Part shown: in pieces, positions 39,171 to 48,229 of the stretch
How the letters are laid out: each line of letters opens with the position of its first letter
Position numbering within the stretch: the stretch's first letter is position 1
Assembly: GCA_028286885.1 (NCBI GenBank)
Contig: JAQBQS010000016.1
Location: 2,809 to 66,808, forward strand
Length of the DNA stretch: 64,000 nucleotides
Reading direction: 5' to 3'
Source of the DNA: Patescibacteria group bacterium
GTDB lineage: Bacteria; Patescibacteriota; Minisyncoccia; Phycocordibacterales; UBA1006
Made by a program: the position numbers and the translations under genes
The notes under the pieces: model-generated
What the model was told of the DNA's origin: nothing
Database searches by the model: none
Seen by the model: the letters and a program-made list of their open reading frames with translations, nothing else

Positions 39171-40412
39171 TTACAGGAAGGTGAACTTGCCGTTCTCGTA
39201 GATGACCACCTTTGATCCGTCTTCGAGCGTAGCCGTCACCTTGCGATTGGCGGTGCTTATGATGTCGGTATGGACTTTCAGGCATTTGTTGAAGCCTCTT
39301 TCTTCCCATTCCTCGTCGCTTACATTGATGATCGGACCGTTGAGCGTATCATGGTACGACATGCCTACGGCGATGTGGGTGTTTCCGAACTCGCCTCCGA
39401 TGTTTTCATCGTAGAGCGTCACGGCCATGAATTTTTCGATTTGCGAGTGCCTGCTGTCAGTGAGCGAGAATTCGCCGAGCTTATTGGCTCCTTCGTTCGC
39501 GATCATTTGCAGGAGCGCGTCTTGGTTTTCCGTCGCGGTTGCCTGGGTGATGACGCCGTTTTTGAAATAGAGTTCGATGCCCGAGATGCGGTTGCCTGAC
39601 CAATAGAGCGGCTGGTTGAACCTGATCCAGCCTTCCGTGCCGCGCCAATCCGGCGAGGTGAAGACCTCGAAGCTCGGGATGTTTTTCCCGCTGCCCGCGT
39701 TCCATTTCCGGTCGGAACCGATCTTGATCTTCAGATCGGCGTCCTCGCCTTCGATATGCACCCACTGGATTTTCATGTCGGTGAGCTTTTGCTTTACCTC
39801 GGACATTTCTACTTGCAGGCGCTTCCATGTGCCGACAGGATCTTCATCCTTGAGGTAGCAGGCCTTGATGATCTGGTCCCAGTACTCTTCTGTCGACATG
39901 CCGGCTTCTTTTGCCATGGACTCGCTTCCATAGAGGCAGAGCGTCCAGTCCTGTTTGCCTTCGGCTTCTTTTTCCTGGCGCCACTTCATGAAGGGGGATG
40001 CCACGCTTGATAGTTTCGCAACTTTCTCGGCAGGCAGCCCTTCTGTGTTGTGGACGTCCGGCTCGCAGATGATGAACATGATATGATCGGCCTCGTCGCA
40101 GACGCCTTTCCATACCTTGTTTGCGAAAAATCCGAGCTGCTCGTCGCTTCCGAGCTCGATGAGCTCACGCGAAAGACCGTAGCGGCCGATCTCGTTCGGC
40201 AGGTAGCTTGTGATCGCATTTCCCCCCGATCTCCATATTTCCTTCAAAACGGCCATGAAAAGCGGCTTGGTATATTCGCATCCGGAAAGCCAGACGGTTT
40301 CGCCGGGCTTGAGGCCTTTGCCTCCGCCCATGGCATAGTGCACCATGACCTTGGCATATTTATCAAGAATGTCTTGGTCGGGAGTGTAAGCACCCAGTAG
40401 TTGTTTCTGCAT
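39171..40412 (-). CDS. Aminopeptidase, M29 (AmpS/PepS) family
   Basis: NIPSFEVFTSP, LGEFSL, LYDEN.GG..GNTHIAVG, VHTDI. Confidence 0.9.
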   Translation of the reverse strand: MQKQLLGAYTPDQDILDKYAKVMVHYAMGGGKGLKPGETVWLSGCEYTKPLFMAVLKEIWRSGGNAITSYLPNEIGRYGLSRELIELGSDEQLGFFANKVWKGVCDEADHIMFIICEPDVHNTEGLPAEKVAKLSSVASPFMKWRQEKEAEGKQDWTLCLYGSESMAKEAGMSTEEYWDQIIKACYLKDEDPVGTWKRLQVEMSEVKQKLTDMKIQWVHIEGEDADLKIKIGSDRKWNAGSGKNIPSFEVFTSPDWRGTEGWIRFNQPLYWSGNRISGIELYFKNGVITQATATENQDALLQMIANEGANKLGEFSLTDSRHSQIEKFMAVTLYDENIGGEFGNTHIAVGMSYHDTLNGPIINVSDEEWEERGFNKCLKVHTDIISTANRKVTATLEDGSKVVIYENGKFTFL

Positions 40413-40503
40413 TGTTATTTGTTTTTGGTTAAGAATTCATATGCGGTTGTATCATTCTAAAATAATAAAGTCAACATATAGTGCGGGTCATTTCAGAATT
40501 CAT

Positions 40504-41094
40504 CTAACCATCATTGATATCAGGATGAAGCTCCCTGATATTGCCGTTTTGCAAATGGCTTAATGCCTTAAGGTACGCCGCGTAATCTTCTTTGGAAAAA
40601 GTAACGAGAAAGCCGGAATGATTATTCTGCAGATGCTGGTATTCTTCGCGAAAATGTTCGAAGTCCCTCTCCATCTCGTCAAAAAACCACGTTACGATGA
40701 TCAGCATTTCCTCGCGGGTCTTCTTGTCGGTTTCATTTTTTTGAAACACGCCAAAAACGGATTTGAACGAAGAGAGAACGAATATTGTATGTTGCTGCGA
40801 GCTCAATTCGGCGAGCTTGGCCCGGTATTTGGCCATAGACGGAATATCGTCCGCGTCGCTGTTCATTTCGGAAAGAGTTTCTTGGCTCGGAGAAAACAAG
40901 TCTTCAAATCCAATCGTTTCGAATGTCGCGTTTTCGAATTTGCCGCTCTCTGCCATCGCTTTCAGCAAAGCATCATTCGCAATCTCCGAAACCATCGTGC
41001 AAAAACCGGCGCGGCTTATTTTCCGCGCGATCGTGCTTATTACCAAAGGATCAGTGCGTTCCTGATTATTTTTAGGACCGATCCATTCTTTCAT
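40504..41094 (-). CDS. Hypothetical protein
   Basis: 196-aa ORF filling the gap. Confidence 0.55.
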   Translation of the reverse strand: MKEWIGPKNNQERTDPLVISTIARKISRAGFCTMVSEIANDALLKAMAESGKFENATFETIGFEDLFSPSQETLSEMNSDADDIPSMAKYRAKLAELSSQQHTIFVLSSFKSVFGVFQKNETDKKTREEMLIIVTWFFDEMERDFEHFREEYQHLQNNHSGFLVTFSKEDYAAYLKALSHLQNGNIRELHPDINDG

Positions 41095-41206
41095 TGAGTT
41101 GATGATACCACGCGGAAATCAGATTTCATAAATCGCACTATTGACTTAATCAGAAAATATGCTATTCTTGCATCGATTTGTATTTTTGAAAATTAAATAA
41201 AAAAGA

Positions 41207-42283
41207 ATGGCAGATTTTGAAGAAATTAAAAAAGCTATAGAAGAGAAAAGATTTGTTCCAGCAAAGCCTAAGGAAAGACCAAATGAAAAAGAAGTAGAGA
41301 TCATCAAAAGTCTTGATGAGGCAAAAAAGTTAAGAACAACAAAAAAAGCTGACGGCAACGGATATGTTTTCGTAAACGGAAACAGACCTGCCGAGATCGA
41401 ACTCTATACGCTTGGCATGAATCCATCGGGCAATAAATATCCCAGTATTATCAAAGATTTGGGCTCCCTCGTATTTCCTCCTCAAACGATCATTTGCGGA
41501 GAGATAGCATTTGAGGTCGATGGGAAGCAGAGGCGCTCCGAAATAGGGAGGATCAACAGCTCTGGGTTAAAAAATGCGTTGAGGCTTCAGGAGTCCAAGG
41601 AAATCATTCCCGAGCTTTTCCTATTCAATCCATTAATGTGGAACGGCAAAGACATTACTAACTGGTCGTATGACGACCGTTTCGAATGCCTTGCCGAACA
41701 TCTTGCGAAGAAACGTTTTGATTACGTCAAACTGATCGAACTTTTAAAATGCTCATTGGCTGATGCCCGCGCAATGGCAAAAGAAAAAGAATGGGAAGGC
41801 CTTGTTTTGGCCGATGCAGAATCCATGACCGGTTTTTCTATCAAGGAAACAGCGGATGAGGATGCACCAATTCCGCGGACGAAAGGCCTTTGGAAAGACA
41901 AAGAAGGATTACTTCTTGATTTCGTCGCGTATGACGTTAGGTTCAGTACTGCAAAATCTCGCCTCGGTGCAATAAAGGATTTCAAAATCGGCATCATCGA
42001 TCCGTTTACGAAAGAGATCATTCCTTGCGGGAATTGCGGAAAGCTTCGAGTGTCGGATGCCTTTGCATATGCTGATCCGAAAAAGCTACCTGTAGCCGTC
42101 GAGGTTAGATTTGAGATGTGGTCACATAACGGTGTCCCGCTCACTGCAAGCGTCGAACGCATTCGCGAACCAAAAGACAAGCATTACACACAGTGCTTTG
42201 CGTCAGAAGAAGACATGGCGGAAATTCTTTTCAAGAATACAAGAAAGAGAATCCCTCTCTCATCGATCAAACCGAAAAAGTAA
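41207..42283 (+). CDS. ATP-dependent DNA ligase-like protein
   Basis: KADG (motif I), CGEI (III), LFLFN (IIIa), WEGLVL (IV), LWKDK (V), OB-fold tail with ERIR..DK. Confidence 0.7.
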   Translation: MADFEEIKKAIEEKRFVPAKPKERPNEKEVEIIKSLDEAKKLRTTKKADGNGYVFVNGNRPAEIELYTLGMNPSGNKYPSIIKDLGSLVFPPQTIICGEIAFEVDGKQRRSEIGRINSSGLKNALRLQESKEIIPELFLFNPLMWNGKDITNWSYDDRFECLAEHLAKKRFDYVKLIELLKCSLADARAMAKEKEWEGLVLADAESMTGFSIKETADEDAPIPRTKGLWKDKEGLLLDFVAYDVRFSTAKSRLGAIKDFKIGIIDPFTKEIIPCGNCGKLRVSDAFAYADPKKLPVAVEVRFEMWSHNGVPLTASVERIREPKDKHYTQCFASEEDMAEILFKNTRKRIPLSSIKPKK

Positions 42284-42384
42284 CACTTACATCCTCTGGT
42301 ACGCCAGGGGATTTTTCTTTGTAAGATTTGATCTTTTAATGCATACTGCTCGGCATAAACCCTTCGCCTAAAAAATATTACCCC

Positions 42385-43395
42385 TTGCTTGACGCCGTGC
42401 GCATATTCGCGGCGTTTTGGGTGATGAATTTCCATTATTTCGGCGAGATTGGAATATCCAATAGTGTCACATGGTACCGGTATGGAAATCTTGGCGTGCA
42501 GCTCTTTTTCATCGTCAGCGGATTCGTAATCGTCCAGTCGCTCGAAGGCAAAACGTTCAAGGAATTTGCGAAGGGCAGATTCGTGCGCCTGTTTCCGCTG
42601 TTTTGGTTTTTGTGCACGATTACGTTTTTGCTCACTCTTGTCGTGCCCTATGCGGATCATGTGAACATTGGCGGATACCTGACGAACATGACCATGCTTC
42701 CGGATCTTATCAATAAGTTTTCGCACGGCACTCTGGTCGATGCGTCGTACTGGACGCTGACGGTTGAACTTTTATTCTACGTTGGCATCGGATTATTTTG
42801 CTCGTTGTTTTCTTATAAAAATATTCGCATCTTTTTGGGCGGATGGCTTCTTGTCAGTATTGCTGCGTTTGCGTTTCATGCGGATCAGAACTTTTACGTA
42901 AAGCTGCTGTTGGTTCGCCATGCGTCCTATTTCATCTTCGGAAGCTCCCTTGCGTTGATTGCGACGAAGCATGCTAAGAATGCTTTTGAAAAGTATTTCG
43001 ATTGGATGTTATTGGGCGGGAGTGCCTTATACTCTCTGGTTATCAATACAGTCGCCATTCCTCCGTATATAAACGTAAATTCGCACGACAGCATTATTGT
43101 CACATGTCTTCTTATTATATTCTTTGCGGGAATTCCGCTTCTGGTCTATGTGTCGTCACGAATAAAAAATAAAAATATGATTGGATGGCTTGCGCTTCTC
43201 GGCGGGCTGACGTATCCGGTGTACTTGCTGCACCAACGAATCGGAACGCTCGCTATTAATTATTTCACGGGCAGGTTTGCCGTTTCTCGCACTGTGTTTG
43301 TCATTTTGTTTGAAGTCATCGTCATCCTTCTTGCATACGTGATCTATCGCCAAGACAAAAAAGTGCGCGCGTGGCTCGGCAAAAAAATCGGCTAG
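42385..43395 (+). CDS. Acyltransferase family 3 (OafA-like) membrane protein
   Basis: LDAVR..AA..V..FH, GVQLFFIVSGFVI, RFVRLFP, YWTL.VE..FY, TYPVYLLH. Confidence 0.9.
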   Translation: MLDAVRIFAAFWVMNFHYFGEIGISNSVTWYRYGNLGVQLFFIVSGFVIVQSLEGKTFKEFAKGRFVRLFPLFWFLCTITFLLTLVVPYADHVNIGGYLTNMTMLPDLINKFSHGTLVDASYWTLTVELLFYVGIGLFCSLFSYKNIRIFLGGWLLVSIAAFAFHADQNFYVKLLLVRHASYFIFGSSLALIATKHAKNAFEKYFDWMLLGGSALYSLVINTVAIPPYINVNSHDSIIVTCLLIIFFAGIPLLVYVSSRIKNKNMIGWLALLGGLTYPVYLLHQRIGTLAINYFTGRFAVSRTVFVILFEVIVILLAYVIYRQDKKVRAWLGKKIG

Positions 43396-43471
43396 AGGAT
43401 TTGCAATTCTCGCAATTTGATTGTATGATCACTCGTGAGTTTTTTCTTGTATAACCAAATAATTAAACAGC

Positions 43472-44794
43472 ATGAAGACAAAAGTCCTCGTTATTGGTGC
43501 CGACGGGCGCGCAGACGCGCTGGCACGCCAAGCAAGCCTTGGAATCCATTTTTCACATCTGTACGCATTGCCCGGCAATCCGGGAACCAAGCGATGGGCG
43601 ACAACCATCAGCGGTTCGATAACTGATTTCGTAGCCATCGAAAAGGAATGCCTCAAGCACGGCATCACGACGATCGTAGTCGGTCCGGAAGATCCGCTTG
43701 TAAAAGGCATCTCGGAGTATTTTGCAGCCAGCCAATCGTCTGCCCATATCAAAATCGTGGGACCATCTGCCAAGAATGCAAAGATCGAAGGCAGCAAGGC
43801 GCATGCGAAACAATTTATGGATCGCCACGGCATACCGACAGCGCCTTTCCAGATTTTCAAGGAAGACCAGCTGGAACTGGCCAAGCTGTACATCGAACAG
43901 CTGACTGTATTTCCTACTGTCATCAAGGCCGACGGCCTGGCTGCAGGAAAGGGAGTCCTCATCTGTCATACGCCCGAAGAAGCGCTTGCGGCAGTAGAAG
44001 GCATGCTCTCCGGTGCCAAGTTCGGCGATGCGGGAAAGACGATCGTCGTCGAGGAATTCCTTCCGGGAAAAGAAAGCTCGTTCATCGTCATCACTGACGG
44101 AACGGGCGCGTGGAAACTTCTGCCTTTGGCACGCGATTACAAACGCGCGGGCGTTGGCGACACAGGTCTCAACACAGGCGGCATGGGTGTCATCTCGACG
44201 CCGTCTCTCGTGACGGAATCATTCAAGCAGATTGTCACTGAACGCGTCATCGAGCCTACGATCCAAGGATTTATCGCCGATGGAACTCCCTACAAAGGAT
44301 TCCTTTACATTCAGCTCATGGAAGTAGAGGGACAACCGTTTGTTGTCGAGTACAACTGCCGCCTGGGAGATCCTGAAACGGAAGGCATCCTGCCTCTGAT
44401 CAAGAGCGACTTCAGCGAACTTCTCGCGGCGTGCGCAAACGGAACTCTCAAGTATACGAACCTGGAATTCCATGAAGAATGTTCGGCTGTGATCGCGATT
44501 GTTTCAGGAGGCTATCCCGGGGACTTCGAGAAAGACAAGAAGATCATGATTAATAAGTATGCGATCGGCCGCATCGGATGCAACATTTTCTTCGCAGGCG
44601 CGAAAGAGGAACATGGCGAACTTGTTACAAGCGGCGGCAGGGTTCTGTATCTGCAGGCCAATGCCCCTACTCTCAAGGAAGCGTTGAACCGCTGCTATGA
44701 AGCTGCCAAGCATGTCTTCTTCGACAATATGTACTTCCGTACCGACATCGGCGCCGAGGTGCTTGCGCTTGAAGCGATCGGACAGGAAGCATAA
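43472..44794 (+). CDS. purD: Phosphoribosylamine--glycine ligase
   Basis: PGNPG, VGPEDPL, EGSK..AK, IKADGLAAGKGV, NTGGMG, EYNCRLGDPET, SGGRV. Confidence 0.95.
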   Translation: MKTKVLVIGADGRADALARQASLGIHFSHLYALPGNPGTKRWATTISGSITDFVAIEKECLKHGITTIVVGPEDPLVKGISEYFAASQSSAHIKIVGPSAKNAKIEGSKAHAKQFMDRHGIPTAPFQIFKEDQLELAKLYIEQLTVFPTVIKADGLAAGKGVLICHTPEEALAAVEGMLSGAKFGDAGKTIVVEEFLPGKESSFIVITDGTGAWKLLPLARDYKRAGVGDTGLNTGGMGVISTPSLVTESFKQIVTERVIEPTIQGFIADGTPYKGFLYIQLMEVEGQPFVVEYNCRLGDPETEGILPLIKSDFSELLAACANGTLKYTNLEFHEECSAVIAIVSGGYPGDFEKDKKIMINKYAIGRIGCNIFFAGAKEEHGELVTSGGRVLYLQANAPTLKEALNRCYEAAKHVFFDNMYFRTDIGAEVLALEAIGQEA

Positions 44795-44894
44795 TGAGCA
44801 TCTTCGAATCCGCCTTAACCGGTGGATTTTTTAATGGCATTATCCGACCTCATGGCATTTTACCCCCGCTCCTTTTCGTGATAGCATCAATGGT

Positions 44895-47501
44895 ATGAAT
44901 CTCAATCCTAAAAACTGGTTCGAACTCCAGCAGAAGCGCAAGGCGGTGCGGGCGGACTTGGCCAAGGAAACCGGCATGCGATCCTCCGAGGCTCTCGACA
45001 AAAGCGCGGAAGCCGACGGCATGAACGACCTTCTCGGTGCAATTGCGAGCGGAAACCTCGCGAATGTTTCGCTCGACACCGGAGCCGTCGACGGCGTCGC
45101 AAAATCGGAATATGTCAGGCATCTGCAGGAAACGCTGCGGCAATTGAACGAGGAAGCCGAGAAGTTCGGCCCGGTGACCGAAGAGTCGGTCGAAACCTAC
45201 CGCCAGCAGTCAGGCGAGCATTACGCCTATAAGAAAGTGAACCAGGAACTGCTGAAGCTCGACACTCTGCGCGAGGAGACGGACCGCGCGATTTTCGAAA
45301 TTTTGAAAAACGGCAAGGGCGAAGGCTTTACGCGCATGGACGAAGCGAAGCTCGCCGAGTACGAGAAGATCAAGGGCGCGATCACGAACCGGACGGCGTC
45401 GCTCGAACAGAATCCGGAAACGGCGCTGTTCGTGCGCATGCACACGCTCGACTCGTACCACGATCAGCTCGTCAAGGAAAACTACATCGAGACGCCGTCG
45501 CGAACGGAATACATCGACTGGATCAAGGACCAGATGAAGAACCACCGCGCGGTGCTTCTTGAAGGCGCGACGGGAACCGGAAAAACGGAGCTTCTGATCC
45601 ATACGTCAAAGTCGCTTCTCGGCAAGAACAATCCCGAGATATTGGCCGGAAATCCGCACGTTACGAAATACGATCTCTTGGGAAGCCAGGGATTGGAATC
45701 CGACGAGCATGGAACGAAAACCGTCGACAAGCCTGGATGCCTGCCGCGAGCGATGAAGGACGGCAACCTGCTGATCCTCGACGAGATGAACCAGATCGAA
45801 ACCAAGGTCCGATTCGCGCTCAAGCCGTTTTACCGCTACTCGGGAGTCCGCGGCGGCGAGGTTTCCGTCGAAGGCGTGAACTATCCGGTCAACGACGGAT
45901 TCCTGATCGCGGCTACCGCGAACCTCAAGAGCGAAAAGCACAAGGACCGCTTCGACCTGGACGCGGCCGAGTCGCGCGTATTCGCGATGAAGCGCATCGA
46001 GTACCCTCCGCAAAACGAGCTGTACGACATGGCGCTCGCGGCGCTCCGCAGGAACGACGGAACGTACCTCGTCTCCGAAGGTTCGGCGAAATCGACGCTG
46101 AAGTATCTGGTGGACGCGGCGCGCGACATTCAGGAAGGCTACGAGAAAGCGCTGTCCGCGGGATTTGACCCGTCATCCGGAAAGAAGACGTCGCTTGAAA
46201 AAGCGGTGCTCGATCCCGGCGAATTCATGGCAATGGTCAAGTCGTACACGGCATCCTACGCGTCCGGAAAAACATTCGAGGACCACATCGACGCGCGATT
46301 GGCCGATTTCGTCGCCAAAGGATCGTACCCGGAAAAAGACCGCGTGCTTCTCGCGAAAATTCTGACGTCGAAGGGATTCCTCTTGAAAAACTTTGATCCC
46401 GAAATGCTCCATTTGACGGACGACACGCTGCGAGATTCCCTTGCCCAGTGGCCGATGCCGGCGCAAGACACCCTTGTCCGCGAGCGCGGCACGATGACGG
46501 AACGCGAAGCGGCGATGCTCGATCCGTACGAACTGCGCAAGGAAATGATCGCGAAAACGACCGACAGCTTCGTCGGTATGATTCCCGAGGAAGAAAAGCA
46601 GATGATCCTCAACGCGGCGGAGCGCGGCATCAATTATCTCGAAGCCAAGGAAGCGATCGGGAAAGAAAATTTCCTCGGTCCCGACGAGATCAAGTTCCGA
46701 TTCTCGATCGACGTCAAGAACGCTCCGAAGGTTCCGTTTTCAAAACAGGAACTCATGGACGCGAAAAAGCTCGGCCAGCAGCTGGTTCTGTACGTCGACA
46801 AGACGAAAGACGGCAAGCCCCTGACGATTTCCGCCATGCGCGAGCAGACGAAAAACAAGACGAGCCAGGCAACCGGACTCTTCGCGGACGGCGACGATTA
46901 TTTCAAGAACAACGGGCTTGATCAGGAAACGCCGCGCGTCGGCTGGCGCCTGACTTCCAAGGAGTGCCTGCCGAATTCGGAAAACAAGAACTATTTCGGA
47001 CAGACGCAGGTTGCCGTCGATTACTTGAAAAACGAAGTCTTCAAGGGAACTAAAATTCCCAAGGAATACGCCGAAGCGTTCGACGAATGGGAAGCGGTCA
47101 AGAAAACGAATCTCAAGGAGCAGTCCGAATCGGGCGACAGCGCGAAATGGATGGCCGCGTCGCAGCAGCTCGCGAATCTCAAGATTACGCAGCTGACCCG
47201 CGAGCGATTGTCCGAAGTCATGTACCGCCTCGCGATTCAGGAATCGAAAAACAAAGAGCGTTTGCTCGATTCCGCGGGCCGCACGGTCTACTATACGTGG
47301 ACGAGCTCCCGTGGTTCCGATGGCGACTTGGCTCTCGCCGGCCGCTTCGATTCCGACGGCGTGGATGTGTGCGCGGGTGGGAGCCGAGGGATTCCGGCTC
47401 GCGCATCGGGGTTTGTCTCTCTCGCAGTTGAATTTAGGATATCAGGAATTTTTGAATCATGCGGAACAAACCGCCCGGATAGGGCGGTTTGTGGCGAATG
47501 A
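44895..47501 (+). CDS. DGR target: MoxR/dynein-related AAA+ ATPase with C-terminal variable (CLec-like) domain
   Basis: Walker A GATGTGKTE, Walker B LLILDEMN, sensor IAATAN; VR at 3' end. The TR-colinear stop is at 47429-47431; the current frame reads on to 47501 because of a 2-bp insertion. Confidence 0.88.
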   Translation: MNLNPKNWFELQQKRKAVRADLAKETGMRSSEALDKSAEADGMNDLLGAIASGNLANVSLDTGAVDGVAKSEYVRHLQETLRQLNEEAEKFGPVTEESVETYRQQSGEHYAYKKVNQELLKLDTLREETDRAIFEILKNGKGEGFTRMDEAKLAEYEKIKGAITNRTASLEQNPETALFVRMHTLDSYHDQLVKENYIETPSRTEYIDWIKDQMKNHRAVLLEGATGTGKTELLIHTSKSLLGKNNPEILAGNPHVTKYDLLGSQGLESDEHGTKTVDKPGCLPRAMKDGNLLILDEMNQIETKVRFALKPFYRYSGVRGGEVSVEGVNYPVNDGFLIAATANLKSEKHKDRFDLDAAESRVFAMKRIEYPPQNELYDMALAALRRNDGTYLVSEGSAKSTLKYLVDAARDIQEGYEKALSAGFDPSSGKKTSLEKAVLDPGEFMAMVKSYTASYASGKTFEDHIDARLADFVAKGSYPEKDRVLLAKILTSKGFLLKNFDPEMLHLTDDTLRDSLAQWPMPAQDTLVRERGTMTEREAAMLDPYELRKEMIAKTTDSFVGMIPEEEKQMILNAAERGINYLEAKEAIGKENFLGPDEIKFRFSIDVKNAPKVPFSKQELMDAKKLGQQLVLYVDKTKDGKPLTISAMREQTKNKTSQATGLFADGDDYFKNNGLDQETPRVGWRLTSKECLPNSENKNYFGQTQVAVDYLKNEVFKGTKIPKEYAEAFDEWEAVKKTNLKEQSESGDSAKWMAASQQLANLKITQLTRERLSEVMYRLAIQESKNKERLLDSAGRTVYYTWTSSRGSDGDLALAGRFDSDGVDVCAGGSRGIPARASGFVSLAVEFRISGIFESCGTNRPDRAVCGE
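47301..47428 (+). repeat. DGR variable region (VR)
   Basis: Matches TR except 15 substitutions, all at TR adenines, plus a 2-nt insertion. Confidence 0.95.
47466..47492 (+). promoter_or_regulatory. Post-VR hairpin/cruciform (putative retrohoming target-recognition element)
   Basis: ACAAACCGCCC-GGATA-GGGCGGTTTGT, perfect 11-bp stem ~35 nt after VR. Confidence 0.75.
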
Positions 47502-47692
47502 AAGTGTGCTAGAATGATCCGCACCGGGAATGCGAAGGCATCAATGATGCCTTTCCCCGAAACATACATTACTGCTTGCCTTCCTCTTCGCGCGAGTATT
47601 TCGACAGCCGCGGCGCGCGCGAAAAAATGACATCCTCGACCTTCTTATGATAATTAAGAACGAAGAAGAACTGACCCGGACGGGGGAAGGCA

Positions 47693-47818
47693 ACAAGCTC
47701 CCGTGATTCCGATGGCAACTTGGCTCTCGCCGGCAACTTCGATTCCGACGGCGTGAATGTGAACAGGTGGAAGCCGAGGAATTCCGACTCGAACATCGGG
47801 GTTTGTCTCTCTCGAAGT
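47693..47818 (+). ncRNA. DGR template repeat (TR)
   Basis: AAC/AAT-rich invariant copy of VR in intergenic DNA upstream of avd/RT. Confidence 0.93.
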
Positions 47819-47851
47819 GATAACATGTCAAACGAAAACGGAGCGGGCCCT

Positions 47852-48184
47852 TCAGGGCCGCGCTCCGTTTTCACTCTCTATTTTTTTAATCCAACCGCCG
47901 ATGATTTTTCCAAGTTCCGCCAAGTGTTCCGAGAGGATCACATGCGCCCGGTCGGGAAGGCATTTCGCGTCGTTTGCGATGCGCAGCCGAAGCTGGATGC
48001 TTTTGAGTTCGACGTCGATTTTATTAACCAGCAACAACTGGCTTGCACCCTTCTTGGACCGCGCGAGCATTCCCATCTCGAGCGCTTCGAAGGCCTTGGG
48101 GATGATCGGAAGTCCGAGGGCGTACCGGTCGAATTTTGGCATTTTGCCTACATACATATGCAACGCGACAATGAACTTGCACAT
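47852..48184 (-). CDS. avd: Avd-like accessory variability determinant (four-helix bundle)
   Basis: MPKFDRYALG...LRLRIA...LAELGKIIGGWIK motifs; last ~110 aa of the 910-aa antisense ORF; start may be TTG 48211 or further up. Confidence 0.82.
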   Translation of the reverse strand: MCKFIVALHMYVGKMPKFDRYALGLPIIPKAFEALEMGMLARSKKGASQLLLVNKIDVELKSIQLRLRIANDAKCLPDRAHVILSEHLAELGKIIGGWIKKIESENGARP

Positions 48185-48229
48185 TTTGGCCGCGAAAGCG
48201 CTCGACGCCAAAATTCGGGGGGGGGGGGG

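Noticed and set aside
47720-48157. N-terminal extension of the 519-aa RT ORF
   Set aside because: It translates the TR and the antisense of avd; RT-like sequence begins near 48230
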